DNA of 32,000 bases, from NCBI RefSeq assembly GCF_005080705.1, contig NZ_CP032996.1:30001-62000 (forward strand), written 5' to 3'. The stretch's first letter is position 1. Every line of letters starts with the position of its first letter. Shown here one piece after another: positions 29,268 through 32,000 of the stretch. The notes beneath the pieces were generated by a model. It was not told the DNA's origin. It ran no database searches and saw only the letters and a list, made by a program, of their open reading frames with translations. The position numbers and the translations under genes were made by a program. Origin of the DNA: Buchnera aphidicola (Therioaphis trifolii) (GTDB lineage: Bacteria; Pseudomonadota; Gammaproteobacteria; Enterobacterales; Enterobacteriaceae).

Positions 29268-29885
29268 ATGTCTAATAAAAATATATTAAATAATTGGAAA
29301 AAGTGGTATCCAAAAAATATTAAAAATAATATTCAAGATAATTATTTTAAACAAGATAAAAATAATATTTCTTTATTAAACATTTATTTTGAAAAAGGTT
29401 TTAAAATTGGTATTAAAGAAGGTTATAAATTACAATTGAAAAAAGAAGAATTTTATTTTTATAATGAAAAATGTATTATAAAAAACAAAATGAAAAAATT
29501 ATTAAAATCATTTGATTTTGCATTTAAAAATTTAGATACTATTATTGTTAATAAATTATTAAAGATGGTTTTAAAAATATCATTAAAATGCTTAAATTAT
29601 CCAATTAAATTAAATGAAAAAGAAATAGTAAAAAAAATAAAAAAAATAATTTCAAAAAAAATTTTATCTAAAAATATTATTTTTCAGATAAGTAAAAATG
29701 ATAAAGATATTTTTAATAAGTATTTTAAAAAATTATTTTATAAATATAATTATATTATAAAATATAATAATAATATAAATTCTGGTGAATGTATTATTAA
29801 TTTAGAAAATGAAACAATAGATTCAACTGCATTAACAAAGTGGAAAGAATTATATCGTTTATTTTGTAATAAGGAAGATTTATGA
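29268..29885 (+). CDS. fliH: Flagellar export ATPase regulator FliH
   Basis: 205 aa. The N-terminus MSNKNILNNWKKWYP parallels Salmonella MSNELPWQVWTP (WxxW). The C-terminus SGECIINLENETIDSTALTKWKELYRL parallels GGCKVSADEGDLDASVATRWQELCRL. Sits between fliG and fliI. The central part is highly diverged. Confidence 0.8.
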   Translation: MSNKNILNNWKKWYPKNIKNNIQDNYFKQDKNNISLLNIYFEKGFKIGIKEGYKLQLKKEEFYFYNEKCIIKNKMKKLLKSFDFAFKNLDTIIVNKLLKMVLKISLKCLNYPIKLNEKEIVKKIKKIISKKILSKNIIFQISKNDKDIFNKYFKKLFYKYNYIIKYNNNINSGECIINLENETIDSTALTKWKELYRLFCNKEDL

Positions 29886-31231
29886 ATAAACGATTAAATA
29901 ATTGGTATGATCAAATTAATATATTTAATAAAAAAATAGATGATATTCCAAATATTATATATTATGGTCATGTTATTGGTTTGCGAGGTTCTATAATTGA
30001 AGCAACTGGATTAAAATTACCAATACATTCATTATGTATTATAGAAATTAAAAAAAATAATCAAATAAATTATATAGAATGTATTGTAATAGGTTTTTTA
30101 AAAGAAAAAACATTTTTAACATCTTTTAAAGATGTATGTTTTATTCCTCCAAATTCTTTTATTTTTTCAAAAGATATTAAAAAGCATATTTTTCAAAAAT
30201 GGCCTATAGGATTTCAATTACTTGGTCGAGTGTTAGATGGTCAAGGGAAACCATTAGATTATAAACCTTTATTAAATAAAGATTGGTTATATACATTAAG
30301 TGGTGATTATATTAATCCATTAAATAAAAAACCTATTAATGAAATTTTTGATGTTGGTATTCGATCAATTAATGCATTATTAACATTAGGAAAAGGTCAA
30401 AAAATTGGATTATGTTCACAATCTGGATATGGAAAAAGCATTTTACTTGGAATGATTTCTAAATATTCAAAAGCAGATATTATAGTAATTGCATTAATTG
30501 GAGAACGTGGACGTGAAGTTCAAGAATTTTTAAATAATTCATTAGGTTTAAAAAATTTATATCGTTCTATAATAATAGTTGTTCCTATTAATGCCTCACC
30601 TATATTAAAAATACAAGGTTCTATGTATGCAATGTGTATTGCTGAGTATTTTCGAGATAAAAATAAAGATGTATTGTTGATTTTTGATTCATTAACTCGA
30701 TATGCTATGTCAGAACGTGAGATATCAATTTCGTTAGGTGAAATTCCATTAAATCAAGGTTATCCATCTTCTATTTTTTCAAAGTTATCAAATTTTATTG
30801 AACGTGCTAGTAATTCTAGTAAAGATTCTGGTTCAATTACAACATTTTTTACAATTTTATTAGAATATGAAGAAAATGATTTAATTTTAGAAATATCTAA
30901 ATCAATATTAGACGGTCATATTATATTATCTAAATTATATGCAGAATCTGGTCATTATCCTGCGATTGATATTGAATTATCGATTAGTCGTGTAATGTTT
31001 AATATTATTTCTAAAAAAAATTATGAAAAATCTCGTTATTTAAAACAATTAATATCTGTATATCAAAAAAATCAAGATTTAATTAATATTGGTGCTTATA
31101 TTCATGGTAGTAATAAAATTTTAGATGAAGCAATTGAAAAATGGAATCAAATTATATGTTTTTTAAAACAAGATATATTTGAGTCTAGTTCATATTTAAA
31201 ATCAATTTCTGAATTAAATAAAATTATTTAA
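29882..31231 (+). CDS. fliI: Flagellum-specific ATP synthase FliI
   Basis: 449 aa. LLGRVLDGQGKPLD, GIRSINALLTLGKGQKIGL.S.SG.GKSILLGMI, ALIGERGREV, VLLIFDSLTRYAMSEREISISLGE.P...GYPSSIFSKL and ILDGHIILS..YAESGHYPAIDIELSISR are colinear with Salmonella FliI. ATGA overlap with the fliH stop. Confidence 0.95.
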   Translation: MNKRLNNWYDQINIFNKKIDDIPNIIYYGHVIGLRGSIIEATGLKLPIHSLCIIEIKKNNQINYIECIVIGFLKEKTFLTSFKDVCFIPPNSFIFSKDIKKHIFQKWPIGFQLLGRVLDGQGKPLDYKPLLNKDWLYTLSGDYINPLNKKPINEIFDVGIRSINALLTLGKGQKIGLCSQSGYGKSILLGMISKYSKADIIVIALIGERGREVQEFLNNSLGLKNLYRSIIIVVPINASPILKIQGSMYAMCIAEYFRDKNKDVLLIFDSLTRYAMSEREISISLGEIPLNQGYPSSIFSKLSNFIERASNSSKDSGSITTFFTILLEYEENDLILEISKSILDGHIILSKLYAESGHYPAIDIELSISRVMFNIISKKNYEKSRYLKQLISVYQKNQDLINIGAYIHGSNKILDEAIEKWNQIICFLKQDIFESSSYLKSISELNKII

Positions 31232-31257
31232 TTTTTATTTTATTTACTGTAATCATT

Positions 31258-31713
31258 ATGTTAAAAAAAAATATTGCAATATTAAAAAATATTACAAAAT
31301 TAAAATTAGAACAATTAACTTTTATATTATATAATATTAAAAATAAAAAAAATAAAAAAAAAAATCAATTATATAAAATAATTAAATATTACAATTATTA
31401 TATAAAAAATTTTACTAAAAAATTTATTTTAGAATTTTCTTTTTTTAAAATAAAAAATTTTTATCAATTTTTATATTATTTAGAAGATTATATTCTTAAA
31501 TTAAAAAATAAAATATTAAAATATAATAATGATATTAAAAATAAATTATTTTTATGGAAAAAATTAAATAAAAAATTAAAAATATGGAATATATTATATG
31601 ATAAAATAATAAATGTAAATAAAAAAAAAAAAAATATTTTAAATAAAAAATATAATAATCAATATTATCAAATATTTTTATTGAAAAATATATTTTTTAA
31701 TAAAAATAAATAA
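31258..31713 (+). CDS. fliJ: Probable flagellar export chaperone FliJ
   Basis: 151 aa (E. coli FliJ is about 147 aa), immediately downstream of fliI. K/N-rich sequence with heptad-like hydrophobic spacing compatible with the FliJ coiled coil. Weak N-terminal similarity (NQLYKIIKYYNYYIKNF against EQLKMLIDYQNEYRSNL). The call rests mainly on position and size. Confidence 0.6.
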   Translation: MLKKNIAILKNITKLKLEQLTFILYNIKNKKNKKKNQLYKIIKYYNYYIKNFTKKFILEFSFFKIKNFYQFLYYLEDYILKLKNKILKYNNDIKNKLFLWKKLNKKLKIWNILYDKIINVNKKKKNILNKKYNNQYYQIFLLKNIFFNKNK

Positions 31714-31740
31714 TTTTTTAATTTTCAATTGGTATTTTAA

Positions 31741-32000
31741 ATGAAAAAATATAATGAAAAATTTTTTATTTATAAAGATATTAATGATCACGATATTAAA
31801 TATGTAAAAATTTTTCAAAAAATTTATAAAAAATTTATTATTTTATTAGAAGATGAATTATTAAAAATTACTAAAAAAAAATTTAAAATTAATATTATTA
31901 AAAATAATTTAACAATTAATTTAAATATAAATAATGATAATTTACATATTTTAAATACTATATCATTAATAAATATCGATTGTTTTATTTTTATTTTTTT
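31741..32000 (+). CDS. 5' part of a further flagellar-cluster ORF, identity unresolved (fliK by position; sequence pattern looks more FliM-like)
   Basis: Not in the ORF track because it is open at the window edge. From ATG 31741 it reads MKKYNEKFFIYKDINDHDIKYVKIFQKIYKKFIILLEDELLKITKKKFKINIIKNNLTINLNINNDNLHILNTISLINIDCFIFIFF with no stop to base 32000. The hydrophobic pattern loosely parallels the Salmonella FliM segment LQALEIINERFARQFRMGLFNLLRRSPDITVGAIRIQ...NLNLIHLKPLRGTGLVVF. Confidence 0.4.
   Translation, partial: MKKYNEKFFIYKDINDHDIKYVKIFQKIYKKFIILLEDELLKITKKKFKINIIKNNLTINLNINNDNLHILNTISLINIDCFIFIF

Overview
This 32-kb window is extremely A+T-rich (roughly 80% by eye, with the six tRNA genes standing out as GC islands) and about 93% coding. 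It looks like a chromosome segment from a genome-reduced gamma-proteobacterial insect endosymbiont. Gene content and order fit Buchnera aphidicola: Arg and Met biosynthesis genes plus a filament-less flagellar block, set in collapsed E. coli-like synteny blocks. Gene order: rpoC (5' part)-rpoB-rplL-rplJ-rplA-rplK-nusG-secE-tRNA(Thr,Gly,Tyr,Thr) on minus; metF-argB-argG-argH on plus; rpoD-dnaG-rpsU on minus; tsaD on plus; ribB and crr-ptsI-ptsH on minus; ligA on plus; tRNA-Lys and tRNA-Val on minus; gltX, fliF-fliG-fliH-fliI-fliJ and one further edge-open ORF on plus. I found no mobile element, prophage, CRISPR array, toxin or defence island, or unexplained gene cluster. Every sizeable ORF that is not an antisense shadow is a recognisable housekeeping, biosynthetic or flagellar gene, so I do not claim a novel system. 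What deserves a second look are signatures of reductive evolution: an argB stranded without argC/argE and with an eroded substrate-binding segment; a single-TM SecE; a flagellar block lacking fliE and fliK, with FliG torque residues replaced; very long sense-strand poly(A) tracts inside essential genes (up to A16 in ptsI); six tRNA genes without encoded CCA; a few GC-containing hairpins and one 34-nt perfect palindrome at operon junctions; and non-ATG starts (rpoB and argG GTG, gltX TTG). All homology statements are by-eye alignments to remembered E. coli/Salmonella proteins. Hand-counted homopolymer coordinates may be off by 1.
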